Shown piece by piece: positions 51,137 through 63,996 of a DNA stretch of 64,000 nt. The translations under genes were made by a program, and so were the position numbers. This DNA comes from Paramoeba atlantica. Lineage: Eukaryota > Protista > Discosea. Numbering within the stretch: the stretch's first letter is position 1; the number at the start of each line of letters is the position of its first letter. Location of the stretch: NCBI GenBank assembly GCA_977017575.1, contig CDRNVI010000021.1:372001-436000 (forward strand), in the 5' to 3' direction. Under the pieces are notes generated by a model. That model saw nothing but the letters and a program-made list of their open reading frames with translations. It was not told the origin of the DNA and did not search any database.

Positions 51137-51565
51137 ATGGCTCGCACCAAGGAATCGTCTCGTAAATCTACGGGGAAGGTACCACGCGCCGGTCTCGTCT
51201 CCAAAGGCAAGAAGACAAGCTCTTCCAAGGCGAAGAAAGCGTCCAGCGGCTCCAGTGGCACCAAGAAGCCCCACCGCTTTCGCCCGGGGACCGTCGCCCT
51301 CCGTGACATCAAAAAGTACCAGAAGGGCACTGAACTTCTCCTCCGCAAGCTTCCCTTCCAGCGTCTGGTCCGTGAGATTGCTCTCAGCGGCAAAGATGGT
51401 CTGCGTTTCCAAGCCAGCGCCGTCCTCGCCATGCAGGAGGCAACGGAGGCCCACATGGTCAACTTGTTCGCTGACACCTGTCTGTGCGCTATCCACGGTC
51501 GCCGGGTAACCATCATGCCGAAGGACGTCCAGCTCGCCCGCCGTCTCCGCGGCGAACGCTTCTAA
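51137..51565 (+). CDS. H3: Histone H3, copy 1
   Basis: [46 protein letters not shown]; ATG at 51137. Confidence 0.96.
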   Translation: MARTKESSRKSTGKVPRAGLVSKGKKTSSSKAKKASSGSSGTKKPHRFRPGTVALRDIKKYQKGTELLLRKLPFQRLVREIALSGKDGLRFQASAVLAMQEATEAHMVNLFADTCLCAIHGRRVTIMPKDVQLARRLRGERF

Positions 51566-51899
51566 GCGTTTGTGAAATCCATTGAGTTCGGGAAGCCTCG
51601 CATACCCACTACGACAGCAACGATCTGAGGTTCTTTGTGCATTTCCTTCATTTTTGCACAAAGCCTTAATATGCTTTCTATGACATTAATGTTATTTGTA
51701 GTATCGGGTATAGGATGAATGCTTCACCTCCCATTCCCTCAACATAGACCACAGCGGCGTCGTGGGGCAAAACACACGCACACTGTGTGCGACGCTCCAC
51801 AAACGAAATGGTTGTGTATTATGACGGATCTTGGCGCTCGTACGTAGTTTCTTTTTATCGTACTTTAGATTTTTTCATCTTACTTCCTATTCATTTCAA

Positions 51900-52208
51900 A
51901 TGGCGAAAGGCAAGAAATCTGGTGATGCTAAGGGCGCACACGGCACGAAACGCCAAAAGAAGGCATTGAAGGACAACATCCGCGGAATCACAAAGCCCGC
52001 AATTCGCCGCCTTGCGCGCCGTGGTGGTGTCAAGCGCATCAGCGGAATCATGTACGAAGAGGTCCGTGGGATCCTCAAGTCTTTCGTGGAGGGCGTTGTC
52101 CGTGACAGCGTGACGTACACTGAGCACAGCAAGCGCCAGACGGTCACTGCTCTCGACGTCGTGTACGCTCTCCGCAAGCGTGGACGCATGTTGTACGGAT
52201 ACGCATAA
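51900..52208 (+). CDS. H4: Histone H4, copy 1
   Basis: Trypanosome-type MAKGKKSG tail; [31 protein letters not shown]; ATG at 51900. Confidence 0.96.
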   Translation: MAKGKKSGDAKGAHGTKRQKKALKDNIRGITKPAIRRLARRGGVKRISGIMYEEVRGILKSFVEGVVRDSVTYTEHSKRQTVTALDVVYALRKRGRMLYGYA

Positions 52209-52528
52209 GGATGACACTGAACACATGTTGATGCAACGGGTCTGAATCTCCACAAGGGTAATCGTCGGGTTCTCTCTCTGTCCCCGTGAATCATTTCTGT
52301 GCGCATTTTCTTTCGTATGAGTCTTGAGTTGCTTCTCTGGTATCATACTAGCGCTTGAAACATTCCGCCGTTTGGAGAAAACAATTGACCTATGAATCAA
52401 CTCTTCGTAAGAAAACTATAATGTGCTCATAAGCAATACATCACGTCTTCTTTGTCCATTCACTCATTCGTAACAACTACTATTTTTTGAAAGAACTCTT
52501 ATTACTTTTCTCTCTTATTCCTATCACT

Positions 52529-52927
52529 ATGGCTACCCCGAAGAGCAGCAAGAAGGCGAAGAGCACCAAGAGCAGCCAGAAGAGCCGTGGCGCGAAGACG
52601 GGTCTGATCTTTCCCGTGGGCCGCATCGGCTCCATGCTCCGCCGTGGACGCTACACCAAGCGTGTGGCCTCCGCCGCCCCGGTGTACCTCGCCGCTGTGT
52701 TGGAGTACCTCACTGCCGAGCTTCTCGAGCTCTCCGGTAAGGTTGCGGGCCAGCACCACAAGAAGCGTATTACCCCTCGTGCCGTCACACTCGCCGTCCG
52801 TCACGACGAGGAGCTTTCTCAGCTGCTAAGCAACGTCACCTTCACTCAGGGCGGCGTACTTCCCAACCTTCACGACATGCTCAAGAAGAAGAAGGCATCC
52901 CGCAAGGCGAGCAGCCAACAGGTGTAA
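52529..52927 (+). CDS. H2A: Histone H2A, copy 2
   Basis: As copy 1 plus STK. Confidence 0.96.
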   Translation: MATPKSSKKAKSTKSSQKSRGAKTGLIFPVGRIGSMLRRGRYTKRVASAAPVYLAAVLEYLTAELLELSGKVAGQHHKKRITPRAVTLAVRHDEELSQLLSNVTFTQGGVLPNLHDMLKKKKASRKASSQQV

Positions 52928-53251
52928 GGTGCAATGAGTGCGTTATAATACGTCCCGCGTCACGTCACACAATCGGTACCCTTGTGAGATCCTTCTAGCA
53001 TGGTGCTTCCCTTTCTTATGCACCATCCTAGGCATGTATTGACATGTACCTTGGCTCAGTAGAGCTACATTTTGTGAAGTTTCGGCGGATGCAATCAACG
53101 ACATTGCGCACATCATACTAGGATACTGGTGGAGTATCGCGTGGGTGATACTTACCACGGTTCTCAATACATGTAAAACTTAAACCGTTCATTACGTAAC
53201 CTCAATTCTTCGCCCTTATCCTTCTTTTTCTCCTACTCTACTTTATAACAC

Positions 53252-53578
53252 ATGGCGAAAGCAGCTAAAGTCGCAAAGAAGAGCTCTGGTCACCGCAAGT
53301 CCAAGAAGACCTTCAACACCTACATCTACCGCACCCTGAAGCAGATCCACAAAAACGTGGGATTCAGCAGCAAAGGGATCAAAGTTGTGAACTCTTTCGT
53401 GCAAGACATCTTTGAGCGCCTTGCCGTCGAGGCAGCCTCCCTCACGCGCTTCAACAAGACCAAAACGTTGACTTCCCGCGAAGTACAAACCGCAGTGCGC
53501 CTGACTCTTCCCGCGGAGCTCGCAAAGCACGCAATGGCTGAGGGAACGAAGGCTGTCGCCAAGTTGGCCTCCCACTAA
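53252..53578 (+). CDS. H2B: Histone H2B, copy 2
   Basis: FVQD allele. Confidence 0.96.
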   Translation: MAKAAKVAKKSSGHRKSKKTFNTYIYRTLKQIHKNVGFSSKGIKVVNSFVQDIFERLAVEAASLTRFNKTKTLTSREVQTAVRLTLPAELAKHAMAEGTKAVAKLASH

Positions 53579-53903
53579 ATGCTGTGTGGTTCGACCAGGT
53601 AGCATGCAGAGGTGCAGCATGCCATCGTCATGAACTTTGTTGTAAAAAATGTTATTCGAACGTACAAAGCCGTCGTGTTCACTATTAAGGTATACTTAGC
53701 AGTGAGTTTCATTCTGTGACGGACAAGTACGATTTACACTATATTCATGACATTATGAGAATGTATGCATGCACCGGCTCCATCTTATGTGAGGTACATT
53801 CTTGATATTGCTCGCCCCTCTTTTCAAAATTTATTGTGACAAACCGAAAAAACGTGTTCTATTGAAAACCAGACACTTTTACTATCTATCCTCATTTTCA
53901 CTC

Positions 53904-54332
53904 ATGGCTCGCACCAAGGAATCGTCTCGTAAATCTACGGGGAAGGTACCACGCGCCGGTCTCGTCTCCAAAGGCAAGAAGACAAGCTCTTCCAAGGCGA
54001 AGAAAGCGTCCAGCGGCTCCAGTGGCACCAAGAAGCCCCACCGCTTTCGCCCGGGGACCGTCGCCCTCCGTGACATCAAAAAGTACCAGAAGGGCACTGA
54101 ACTTCTCCTCCGCAAGCTTCCCTTCCAGCGTCTGGTCCGTGAGATTGCTCTCAGCGGCAAAGATGGTCTGCGTTTCCAAGCCAGCGCCGTCCTCGCCATG
54201 CAGGAGGCAACGGAGGCCCACATGGTCAACTTGTTCGCTGACACCTGTCTGTGCGCTATCCACGGTCGCCGGGTAACCATCATGCCGAAGGACGTCCAGC
54301 TCGCCCGCCGTCTCCGCGGCGAACGCTTCTAA
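53904..54332 (+). CDS. H3: Histone H3, copy 2
   Basis: Same protein as copy 1. Confidence 0.96.
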   Translation: MARTKESSRKSTGKVPRAGLVSKGKKTSSSKAKKASSGSSGTKKPHRFRPGTVALRDIKKYQKGTELLLRKLPFQRLVREIALSGKDGLRFQASAVLAMQEATEAHMVNLFADTCLCAIHGRRVTIMPKDVQLARRLRGERF

Positions 54333-54666
54333 GCGTTTGTGAAATCCATTGAGTTCGGGAAGCCTCGCATACCCACTACGACAGCAACGATCTGAGGTTC
54401 TTTGTGCATTTCCTTCATTTTTGCACAAAGCCTTAATATGCTTTCTATGACATTAATGTTATTTGTAGTATCGGGTATAGAATGAATGCTTCACCTCCCA
54501 TTCCCTCAACATAGACCACAGCGGCGTCGTGGGGCAAAACACACGCACACTGTGTGCGACGCTCCACAAACGAAATGGTTGTGTATTATGACGGATCTTG
54601 GCGCTCGTACGTAGTTTCTTTTTATCGTACTTTAGATTTTTTCATCTTACTTCCTATTCATTTCAA

Positions 54667-54975
54667 ATGGCGAAAGGCAAGAAATCTGGTGATGCTAAGG
54701 GCGCACACGGCACGAAACGCCAAAAGAAGGCATTGAAGGACAACATCCGCGGAATCACAAAGCCCGCAATTCGCCGCCTTGCGCGCCGTGGTGGTGTCAA
54801 GCGCATCAGCGGAATCATGTACGAAGAGGTCCGTGGGATCCTCAAGTCTTTCGTGGAGGGCGTTGTCCGTGACAGCGTGACGTACACTGAGCACAGCAAG
54901 CGCCAGACGGTCACTGCTCTCGACGTCGTGTACGCTCTCCGCAAGCGTGGACGCATGTTGTACGGATACGCATAA
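54667..54975 (+). CDS. H4: Histone H4, copy 2
   Basis: Same protein as copy 1. Confidence 0.96.
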   Translation: MAKGKKSGDAKGAHGTKRQKKALKDNIRGITKPAIRRLARRGGVKRISGIMYEEVRGILKSFVEGVVRDSVTYTEHSKRQTVTALDVVYALRKRGRMLYGYA

Positions 54976-55295
54976 GGATGACACTGAACACATGTTGATG
55001 CAACGGGTCTGAATCTCCACAAGGGTAATCGTCGGGTTCTCTCTCTGTCCCCGTGAATCATTTCTGTGCGCATTTTCTTTCGTATGAGTCTTGAGTTGCT
55101 TCTCTGGTATCATACTAGCGCTTGAAACATTCCGCCGTTTGGAGAAAACAATTGACCTATGAATCAACTCTTCGTAAGAAAACTATAATGTGCTCATAAG
55201 CAATACATCACGTCTTCTTTGTCCATTCACTCATTCGTAACAACTACTATTTTTTGAAAGAACTCTTATTACTTTTCTCTCTTATTCCTATCACT

Positions 55296-55694
55296 ATGGC
55301 TACCCCGAAGAGCAGCAAGAAGGCGAAGAGCACCAAGAGCAGCCAGAAGAGCCGTGGCGCGAAGACGGGTCTGATCTTTCCCGTGGGCCGCATCGGCTCC
55401 ATGCTCCGCCGTGGACGCTACACCAAGCGTGTGGCCTCCGCCGCCCCGGTGTACCTCGCCGCTGTGTTGGAGTACCTCACTGCCGAGCTTCTCGAGCTCT
55501 CCGGTAAGGTTGCGGGCCAGCACCACAAGAAGCGTATTACCCCTCGTGCCGTCACACTCGCCGTCCGTCACGACGAGGAGCTTTCTCAGCTGCTAAGCAA
55601 CGTCACCTTCACTCAGGGCGGCGTACTTCCCAACCTTCACGACATGCTCAAGAAGAAGAAGGCATCCCGCAAGGCGAGCAGCCAACAGGTGTAA
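55296..55694 (+). CDS. H2A: Histone H2A, copy 3
   Basis: Same protein as copy 2. Confidence 0.96.
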   Translation: MATPKSSKKAKSTKSSQKSRGAKTGLIFPVGRIGSMLRRGRYTKRVASAAPVYLAAVLEYLTAELLELSGKVAGQHHKKRITPRAVTLAVRHDEELSQLLSNVTFTQGGVLPNLHDMLKKKKASRKASSQQV

Positions 55695-56018
55695 GGTGCA
55701 ATGAGTGCGTTATAATACGTCCCGCGTCACGTCACACAATCGGTACCCTTGTGAGATCCTTCTAGCATGGTGCTTCCCTTTCTTATGCACCATCCTAGGC
55801 ATGTATTGACATGTACCTTGGCTCAGTAGAGCTACATTTTGTGAAGTTTCGGCGGATGCAATCAACGACATTGCGCACATCATACTAGGATACTGGTGGA
55901 GTATCGCGTGGGTGATACTTACCACGGTTCTCAATACATGTAAAACTTAAACCGTTCATTACGTAATCTCAATTCTTCGCCCTTATCCTTCTTTTTCTCC
56001 TACTCTACTTTATAACAC

Positions 56019-56345
56019 ATGGCGAAAGCAGCTAAAGTCGCAAAGAAGAGCTCTGGTCACCGCAAGTCCAAGAAGACCTTCAACACCTACATCTACCGCA
56101 CCCTGAAGCAGATCCACAAAAACGTGGGATTCAGCAGCAAAGGGATCAAAGTTGTGAACTCTTTCGTGCAAGACATCTTTGAGCGCCTTGCCGTCGAGGC
56201 AGCCTCCCTCACGCGCTTCAACAAGACCAAAACGTTGACTTCCCGCGAAGTACAAACCGCAGTGCGCCTGACTCTTCCCGCGGAGCTCGCAAAGCACGCA
56301 ATGGCTGAGGGAACGAAGGCTGTCGCCAAGTTGGCCTCCCACTAA
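56019..56345 (+). CDS. H2B: Histone H2B, copy 3
   Basis: Same protein as copy 2. Confidence 0.96.
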   Translation: MAKAAKVAKKSSGHRKSKKTFNTYIYRTLKQIHKNVGFSSKGIKVVNSFVQDIFERLAVEAASLTRFNKTKTLTSREVQTAVRLTLPAELAKHAMAEGTKAVAKLASH

Positions 56346-56670
56346 ATGCTGTGTGGTTCGACCAGGTAGCATGCAGAGGTGCAGCATGCCATCGTCATGA
56401 ACTTTGTTGTAAAAAATGTTATTCGAACGTACAAAGCCGTCGTGTTCACTATTAAGGTATACTTAGCAGTGAGTTTCATTCTGTGACGGACAAGTACGAT
56501 TTACACTATATTCATGACATTATGAGAATGTATGCATGCACCGGCTCCATCTTATGTGAGGTACATTCTTGATATTGCTCGCCCCTCTTTTCAAAATTTA
56601 TTGTGACAAACCGAAAAAACGTGTTCTATTGAAAACCAGACACTTTTACTATCTATCCTCATTTTCACTC

Positions 56671-57099
56671 ATGGCTCGCACCAAGGAATCGTCTCGTAAA
56701 TCTACGGGGAAGGTACCACGCGCCGGTCTCGTCTCCAAAGGCAAGAAGACAAGCTCTTCCAAGGCGAAGAAAGCGTCCAGCGGCTCCAGTGGCACCAAGA
56801 AGCCCCACCGCTTTCGCCCGGGGACCGTCGCCCTCCGTGACATCAAAAAGTACCAGAAGGGCACTGAACTTCTCCTCCGCAAGCTTCCCTTCCAGCGTCT
56901 GGTCCGTGAGATTGCTCTCAGCGGCAAAGATGGTCTGCGTTTCCAAGCCAGCGCCGTCCTCGCCATGCAGGAGGCAACGGAGGCCCACATGGTCAACTTG
57001 TTCGCTGACACCTGTCTGTGCGCTATCCACGGTCGCCGGGTAACCATCATGCCGAAGGACGTCCAGCTCGCCCGCCGTCTCCGCGGCGAACGCTTCTAA
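56671..57099 (+). CDS. H3: Histone H3, copy 3
   Basis: Same protein as copy 1. Confidence 0.96.
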   Translation: MARTKESSRKSTGKVPRAGLVSKGKKTSSSKAKKASSGSSGTKKPHRFRPGTVALRDIKKYQKGTELLLRKLPFQRLVREIALSGKDGLRFQASAVLAMQEATEAHMVNLFADTCLCAIHGRRVTIMPKDVQLARRLRGERF

Positions 57100-57433
57100 G
57101 CGTTTGTGAAATCCATTGAGTTCGGGAAGCCTCGCATACCCACTACGACAGCAACGATCTGAGGTTCTTTGTGCATTTCCTTCATTTTTGCACAAAGCCT
57201 TAATATGCTTTCTATGACATTAATGTTATTTGTAGTATCGGGTATAGAATGAATGCTTCACCTCCCATTCCCTCAACATAGACCACAGCGGCGTCGTGGG
57301 GCAAAACACACGCACACTGTGTGCGACGCTCCACAAACGAAATGGTTGTGTATTATGACGGATCTTGGCGCTCGTACGTAGTTTCTTTTTATCGTACTTT
57401 AGATTTTTTCATCTTACTTCCTATTCATTTCAA

Positions 57434-57742
57434 ATGGCGAAAGGCAAGAAATCTGGTGATGCTAAGGGCGCACACGGCACGAAACGCCAAAAGAAGGCAT
57501 TGAAGGACAACATCCGCGGAATCACAAAGCCCGCAATTCGCCGCCTTGCGCGCCGTGGTGGTGTCAAGCGCATCAGCGGAATCATGTACGAAGAGGTCCG
57601 TGGGATCCTCAAGTCTTTCGTGGAGGGCGTTGTCCGTGACAGCGTGACGTACACTGAGCACAGCAAGCGCCAGACGGTCACTGCTCTCGACGTCGTGTAC
57701 GCTCTCCGCAAGCGTGGACGCATGTTGTACGGATACGCATAA
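57434..57742 (+). CDS. H4: Histone H4, copy 3
   Basis: Same protein as copy 1. Confidence 0.96.
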   Translation: MAKGKKSGDAKGAHGTKRQKKALKDNIRGITKPAIRRLARRGGVKRISGIMYEEVRGILKSFVEGVVRDSVTYTEHSKRQTVTALDVVYALRKRGRMLYGYA

Positions 57743-58062
57743 GGATGACACTGAACACATGTTGATGCAACGGGTCTGAATCTCCACAAGGGTAATCGTC
57801 GGGTTCTCTCTCTGTCCCCGTGAATCATTTCTGTGCGCATTTTCTTTCGTATGAGTCTTGAGTTGCTTCTCTGGTATCATACTAGCGCTTGAAACATTCC
57901 GCCGTTTGGAGAAAACAATTGACCTATGAATCAACTCTTCGTAAGAAAACTATAATGTGCTCATAAGCAATACATCACGTCTTCTTTGTCCATTCACTCA
58001 TTCGTAACAACTACTATTTTTTGAAAGAACTCTTATTACTTTTCTCTCTTATTCCTATCACT

Positions 58063-58461
58063 ATGGCTACCCCGAAGAGCAGCAAGAAGGCGAAGAGCAC
58101 CAAGAGCAGCCAGAAGAGCCGTGGCGCGAAGACGGGTCTGATCTTTCCCGTGGGCCGCATCGGCTCCATGCTCCGCCGTGGACGCTACACCAAGCGTGTG
58201 GCCTCCGCCGCCCCGGTGTACCTCGCCGCTGTGTTGGAGTACCTCACTGCCGAGCTTCTCGAGCTCTCCGGTAAGGTTGCGGGCCAGCACCACAAGAAGC
58301 GTATTACCCCTCGTGCCGTCACACTCGCCGTCCGTCACGACGAGGAGCTTTCTCAGCTGCTAAGCAACGTCACCTTCACTCAGGGCGGCGTACTTCCCAA
58401 CCTTCACGACATGCTCAAGAAGAAGAAGGCATCCCGCAAGGCGAGCAGCCAACAGGTGTAA
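58063..58461 (+). CDS. H2A: Histone H2A, copy 4
   Basis: Same protein as copy 2. Confidence 0.96.
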   Translation: MATPKSSKKAKSTKSSQKSRGAKTGLIFPVGRIGSMLRRGRYTKRVASAAPVYLAAVLEYLTAELLELSGKVAGQHHKKRITPRAVTLAVRHDEELSQLLSNVTFTQGGVLPNLHDMLKKKKASRKASSQQV

Positions 58462-58785
58462 GGTGCAATGAGTGCGTTATAATACGTCCCGCGTCACGTC
58501 ACACAATCGGTACCCTTGTGAGATCCTTCTAGCATGGTGCTTCCCTTTCTTATGCACCATCCTAGGCATGTATTGACATGTACCTTGGCTCAGTAGAGCT
58601 ACATTTTGTGAAGTTTCGGCGGATGCAATCAACGACATTGCGCACATCATACTAGGATACTGGTGGAGTATCGCGTGGGTGATACTTACCACGGTTCTCA
58701 ATACATGTAAAACTTAAACCGTTCATTACGTAATCTCAATTCTTCGCCCTTATCCTTCTTTTTCTCCTACTCTACTTTATAACAC

Positions 58786-59112
58786 ATGGCGAAAGCAGCT
58801 AAAGTCGCAAAGAAGAGCTCTGGTCACCGCAAGTCCAAGAAGACCTTCAACACCTACATCTACCGCACCCTGAAGCAGATCCACAAAAACGTGGGATTCA
58901 GCAGCAAAGGGATCAAAGTTGTGAACTCTTTCGTGCAAGACATCTTTGAGCGCCTTGCCGTCGAGGCAGCCTCCCTCACGCGCTTCAACAAGACCAAAAC
59001 GTTGACTTCCCGCGAAGTACAAACCGCAGTGCGCCTGACTCTTCCCGCGGAGCTCGCAAAGCACGCAATGGCTGAGGGAACGAAGGCTGTCGCCAAGTTG
59101 GCCTCCCACTAA
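58786..59112 (+). CDS. H2B: Histone H2B, copy 4
   Basis: Same protein as copy 2. Confidence 0.96.
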   Translation: MAKAAKVAKKSSGHRKSKKTFNTYIYRTLKQIHKNVGFSSKGIKVVNSFVQDIFERLAVEAASLTRFNKTKTLTSREVQTAVRLTLPAELAKHAMAEGTKAVAKLASH

Positions 59113-59437
59113 ATGCTGTGTGGTTCGACCAGGTAGCATGCAGAGGTGCAGCATCCGATCGTCATGAACTTTGTTGTAAAAAATGTTATTCAAACGTACA
59201 AAGCCGTCGTGTTCACTATTAAGGTATACTTAGCAGTGAGTTTCATTCTGTGACGGACAAGTACGATTTACACTATATTCATGACATTATGAGAATGTAT
59301 GCATGCACCGGCTCCATCTTATGTGAGGTACATTCTTGATATTGCTCGCCCCTCTTTTCAAAATTTATTGTGACAAACCGAAAAAACGTGTTCTATTGAA
59401 AACCAGACACTTTTACTATCTATCCTCATTTTCACTC

Positions 59438-59864
59438 ATGGCTCGCACCAAGGAATCGTCTCGTAAATCTACGGGGAAGGTACCACGCGCCGGTCTCGTC
59501 TCCAAAGGCAAGAAGACAGCTCTTCCAAGGCGAAGAAAGCGTCCAGCGGCTCCAGTGGCACCAAGAAGCCCCACCGCTTTCGCCCGGGACCGTCGCCCTC
59601 CGTGACATCAAAAAGTACCAGAAGGGCACTGAACTTCTCCTCCGCAAGCTTCCCTTCCAGCGTCTGGTCCGTGAGATTGCTCTCAGCGGCAAAGATGGTC
59701 TGCGTTTCCAAGCCAGCGCCGTCCTCGCCATGCAGGAGGCAACGGAGGCCCACATGGTCAACTTGTTCGCGGACACCTGTCTGTGCGCTATCCACGGTCG
59801 CCGGGTAACCATCATGCCGAAGGACGTCCAGCTCGCCCGCCGTCTCCGCGGCGAACGCTTCTAA
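59438..59864 (+). pseudogene. H3: Histone H3, copy 4, frameshifted (or assembly error)
   Basis: Two 1-nt deletions: gacaagc to gacagc (~59517) and cccggggacc to cccgggacc (~59586). Confidence 0.6.
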
Positions 59865-60198
59865 GCGTTTGTGAAATCCATTGAGTTCGGGAAGCCTCGC
59901 ATACCCACTACGACAGCAACGATCTGAGGTTCTTTGTGCATTTCCTTCATTTTTGCACAAAGCCTTAATATGCTTTCTATGACATTAATGTTATTTGTAG
60001 TATCGGGTATAGGATGAATGCTTCACCTCCCATTCCCTCAACATAGACCACAGCGGCGTCGTGGGGCAAAACACACGCACACTGTGTGCGACGCTCCACA
60101 AACGAAATGGTTGTGTATTATGACGGATCTTGGCGCTCGTACGTAGTTTCTTTTTATCGTACTTTAGATTTTTTCATCTTACTTCCTATTCATTTCAA

Positions 60199-60507
60199 AT
60201 GGCGAAAGGCAAGAAATCTGGTGATGCTAAGGGCGCACACGGCACGAAACGCCAAAAGAAGGCATTGAAGGACAACATCCGCGGAATCACAAAGCCCGCA
60301 ATTCGCCGCCTTGCGCGCCGTGGTGGTGTCAAGCGCATCAGCGGAATCATGTACGAAGAGGTCCGTGGGATCCTCAAGTCTTTCGTGGAGGGCGTTGTCC
60401 GTGACAGCGTGACGTACACTGAGCACAGCAAGCGCCAGACGGTCACTGCTCTCGACGTCGTGTACGCTCTCCGCAAGCGTGGACGCATGTTGTACGGATA
60501 CGCATAA
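60199..60507 (+). CDS. H4: Histone H4, copy 4
   Basis: Same protein as copy 1. Confidence 0.96.
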   Translation: MAKGKKSGDAKGAHGTKRQKKALKDNIRGITKPAIRRLARRGGVKRISGIMYEEVRGILKSFVEGVVRDSVTYTEHSKRQTVTALDVVYALRKRGRMLYGYA

Positions 60508-60827
60508 GGATGACACTGAACACATGTTGATGCAACGGGTCTGAATCTCCACAAGGGTAATCGTCGGGTTCTCTCTCTGTCCCCGTGAATCATTTCTGTG
60601 CGCATTTTCTTTCGTATGAGTCTTGAGTTGCTTCTCTGGTATCATACTAGCGCTTAAAACATTCCGCCGTTTGGAGAAAACAATTGACCTATGAATCAAC
60701 TCTTCGTAAGAAAACTATAATGCGCTCATAAGCAATACATCACGTCTTCTTTGTCCATTCACTCATTCGTAACAACTACTATTTTTTGAAAGAACTCTTA
60801 TTACTTTTCTCTCTTATTCCTATCACT

Positions 60828-61226
60828 ATGGCTACCCCGAAGAGCAGCAAGAAGGCGAAGAGCACCAAGAGCAGCCAGAAGAGCCGTGGCGCGAAGACGG
60901 GTCTGATCTTTCCCGTGGGCCGCATCGGCTCCATGCTCCGCCGTGGACGCTACACCAAGCGTGTGGCCTCCGCCGCCCCGGTGTACCTCGCCGCTGTGTT
61001 GGAGTACCTCACTGCCGAGCTTCTCGAGCTCTCCGGTAAGGTTGCGGGCCAGCACCACAAGAAGCGTATTACCCCTCGTGCCGTCACACTCGCCGTCCGT
61101 CACGACGAGGAGCTTTCTCAGCTGCTAAGCAACGTCACCTTCACTCAGGGCGGCGTACTTCCCAACCTTCACGACATGCTCAAGAAGAAGAAGGCATCCC
61201 GCAAGGCGAGCAGCCAACAGGTGTAA
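60828..61226 (+). CDS. H2A: Histone H2A, copy 5
   Basis: Same protein as copy 2. Confidence 0.96.
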   Translation: MATPKSSKKAKSTKSSQKSRGAKTGLIFPVGRIGSMLRRGRYTKRVASAAPVYLAAVLEYLTAELLELSGKVAGQHHKKRITPRAVTLAVRHDEELSQLLSNVTFTQGGVLPNLHDMLKKKKASRKASSQQV

Positions 61227-61553
61227 GGTGCAATGAGTGCGTTATAATACGTTGTCCCGCGTCACGTCACACAATCGGTACCCTTGTGAGATCCTTCTAG
61301 CATGGTGCTTCCCTTTCTTATGCACCATCCTAGGCATGTATTGACATGTACCTTGGCTCAGTAGAGCTACATTTTGTGAAGTTTCGGCGGATGCAATCAA
61401 CGACATAGCGCACATCATACTAGGATACTGGTGGAGTATCGCGTGGGTGATACTTACCACGGTTCTCAATACATGTAAAACTTAAACCGTTCATTACGTA
61501 ACCTCAATTCTTCGCCCTTATCCTTCTTTTTCTCCTACTCTACTTTATAACAC

Positions 61554-61880
61554 ATGGCGAAAGCAGCTAAAGTCGCAAAGAAGAGCTCTGGTCACCGCAA
61601 GTCCAAGAAGACCTTCAACACCTACATCTACCGCACCCTGAAGCAGATCCACAAAAACGTGGGATTCAGCAGCAAAGGGATCAAAGTTGTGAACTCTTTC
61701 GTGCAAGACATCTTTGAGCGCCTTGCCGTCGAGGCAGCCTCCCTCACGCGCTTCAACAAGACCAAAACGTTGACTTCCCGCGAAGTACAAACCGCAGTGC
61801 GCCTGACTCTTCCCGCGGAGCTCGCAAAGCACGCAATGGCTGAGGGAACGAAGGCTGTCGCCAAGTTGGCCTCCCACTAA
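61554..61880 (+). CDS. H2B: Histone H2B, copy 5
   Basis: Same protein as copy 2. Confidence 0.96.
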   Translation: MAKAAKVAKKSSGHRKSKKTFNTYIYRTLKQIHKNVGFSSKGIKVVNSFVQDIFERLAVEAASLTRFNKTKTLTSREVQTAVRLTLPAELAKHAMAEGTKAVAKLASH

Positions 61881-62205
61881 ATGCTGTGTGGTTCGACCAG
61901 GTAGCATGCAGAGGTGCAGCATGCCATCGTCATGAACTTTGTTGTAAAAAATGTTATTCAAACGTACAAAGCCGTCGTGTTCACTATTAAGGTATACTTA
62001 GCAGTGAGTTTCATTCTGTGACGGACAAGTACGATTTACACTATATTCATGACATTATGAGAATGTATGCATGCACCGGCTCCATCTTATGTGAGGTACA
62101 TTCTTGATATTGCTCGCCCCTCTTTTCAAAATTTATTGTGACAGACCGAAAAAACGTGTTCTATTGAAAACCAGACACTTTTACTATCTATCCTCATTTT
62201 CACTC

Positions 62206-62634
62206 ATGGCTCGCACCAAGGAATCGTCTCGTAAATCTACGGGGAAGGTACCACGCGCCGGTCTCGTCTCCAAAGGCAAGAAGACAAGCTCTTCCAAGGC
62301 GAAGAAAGCGTCCAGCGGCTCCAGTGGCACCAAGAAGCCCCACCGCTTTCGCCCGGGGACCGTCGCCCTCCGTGACATCAAAAAGTACCAGAAGGGCACT
62401 GAACTTCTCCTCCGCAAGCTTCCCTTCCAGCGTCTGGTCCGTGAGATTGCTCTCAGCGGCAAAGATGGTCTGCGTTTCCAAGCCAGCGCCGTCCTCGCCA
62501 TGCAGGAGGCAACGGAGGCCCACATGGTCAACTTGTTCGCTGACACCTGTCTGTGCGCTATCCACGGTCGCCGGGTAACCATCATGCCGAAGGACGTCCA
62601 GCTCGCCCGCCGTCTCCGCGGCGAACGCTTCTAA
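62206..62634 (+). CDS. H3: Histone H3, copy 5
   Basis: Same protein as copy 1. Confidence 0.96.
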   Translation: MARTKESSRKSTGKVPRAGLVSKGKKTSSSKAKKASSGSSGTKKPHRFRPGTVALRDIKKYQKGTELLLRKLPFQRLVREIALSGKDGLRFQASAVLAMQEATEAHMVNLFADTCLCAIHGRRVTIMPKDVQLARRLRGERF

Positions 62635-62968
62635 GCGTTTGTGAAATCCATTGAGTTCGGGAAGCCTCGCATACCCACTACGACAGCAACGATCTGAGGT
62701 TCTTTGTGCATTTCCTTCATTTTTGCACAAAGCCTTAATATGCTTTCTATGACATTAATGTTATTTGTAGTATCGGGTATAGGATGAATGCTTCACCTCC
62801 CATTCCCTCAACATAGACCACAGCGGCGTCGTGGGGCAAAACACACGCACACTGTGTGCGACGCTCCACAAACGAAATGGTTGTGTATTATGACGGATCT
62901 TGGCGCTCGTACGTAGTTTCTTTTTATCGTACTTTAGATTTTTTCATCTTACTTCCTATTCATTTCAA

Positions 62969-63277
62969 ATGGCGAAAGGCAAGAAATCTGGTGATGCTAA
63001 GGGCGCACACGGCACGAAACGCCAAAAGAAGGCATTGAAGGACAACATCCGCGGAATCACAAAGCCCGCAATTCGCCGCCTTGCACGCCGTGGTGGTGTC
63101 AAGCGCATCAGCGGAATCATGTACGAAGAGGTCCGTGGGATCCTCAAGTCTTTCGTGGAGGGCGTTGTCCGTGACAGCGTGACGTACACTGAGCACAGCA
63201 AGCGCCAGACGGTCACTGCTCTCGACGTCGTGTACGCTCTCCGCAAGCGTGGACGCATGTTGTACGGATACGCATAA
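62969..63277 (+). CDS. H4: Histone H4, copy 5
   Basis: Same protein as copy 1. Confidence 0.96.
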   Translation: MAKGKKSGDAKGAHGTKRQKKALKDNIRGITKPAIRRLARRGGVKRISGIMYEEVRGILKSFVEGVVRDSVTYTEHSKRQTVTALDVVYALRKRGRMLYGYA

Positions 63278-63597
63278 GGATGACACTGAACACATGTTGA
63301 TGCAACGGGTCTGAATCTCCACAAGGGTAATCGTCGGGTTCTCTCTCTGTCCCCGTGAATCATTTCTGTGCGCATTTTCTTTCGTATGAGTCTTGAGGTG
63401 CTTCTCTGGTATCATACTAGCGCTTGAAACATTCCGCCGTTTGGAGAAAACAATTGACCTATGAATCAACTCTTCGTAAGAAAACTATAATGCGCTCATA
63501 AGCAATACATCACGTCTTCTTTGTCCATTCACTCATTCGTAACAACTACTATTTTTTGAAAGAACTCTTATTACTTTTCTCTCTTATTCCTATCACT

Positions 63598-63996
63598 ATG
63601 GCTACCCCGAAGAGCAGCAAGAAGGCGAAGAGCACCAAGAGCAGCCAGAAGAGCCGTGGCGCGAAGACGGGTCTGATCTTTCCCGTGGGCCGCATCGGCT
63701 CCATGCTCCGCCGTGGACGCTACACCAAGCGTGTGGCCTCCGCCGCCCCGGTGTACCTCGCCGCTGTGTTGGAGTACCTCACTGCCGAGCTTCTCGAGCT
63801 CTCCGGTAAGGTTGCGGGCCAGCACCACAAGAAGCGTATTACCCCTCGTGCCGTCACACTCGCCGTCCGTCACGACGAGGAGCTTTCTCAGCTGCTAAGC
63901 AACGTCACCTTCACTCAGGGCGGCGTACTTCCCAACCTTCACGACATGCTCAAGAAGAAGAAGGCATCCCGCAAGGCGAGCAGCCAACAGGTGTAA
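63598..63996 (+). CDS. H2A: Histone H2A, copy 6
   Basis: Same protein as copy 2. Confidence 0.96.
   Translation: MATPKSSKKAKSTKSSQKSRGAKTGLIFPVGRIGSMLRRGRYTKRVASAAPVYLAAVLEYLTAELLELSGKVAGQHHKKRITPRAVTLAVRHDEELSQLLSNVTFTQGGVLPNLHDMLKKKKASRKASSQQV

Noticed and set aside
49720-63898. Many antisense and alternate-frame ORFs of 60-176 aa in the histone array
   Set aside because: Shadows of GC-rich, codon-biased histone genes; they repeat only because the unit repeats
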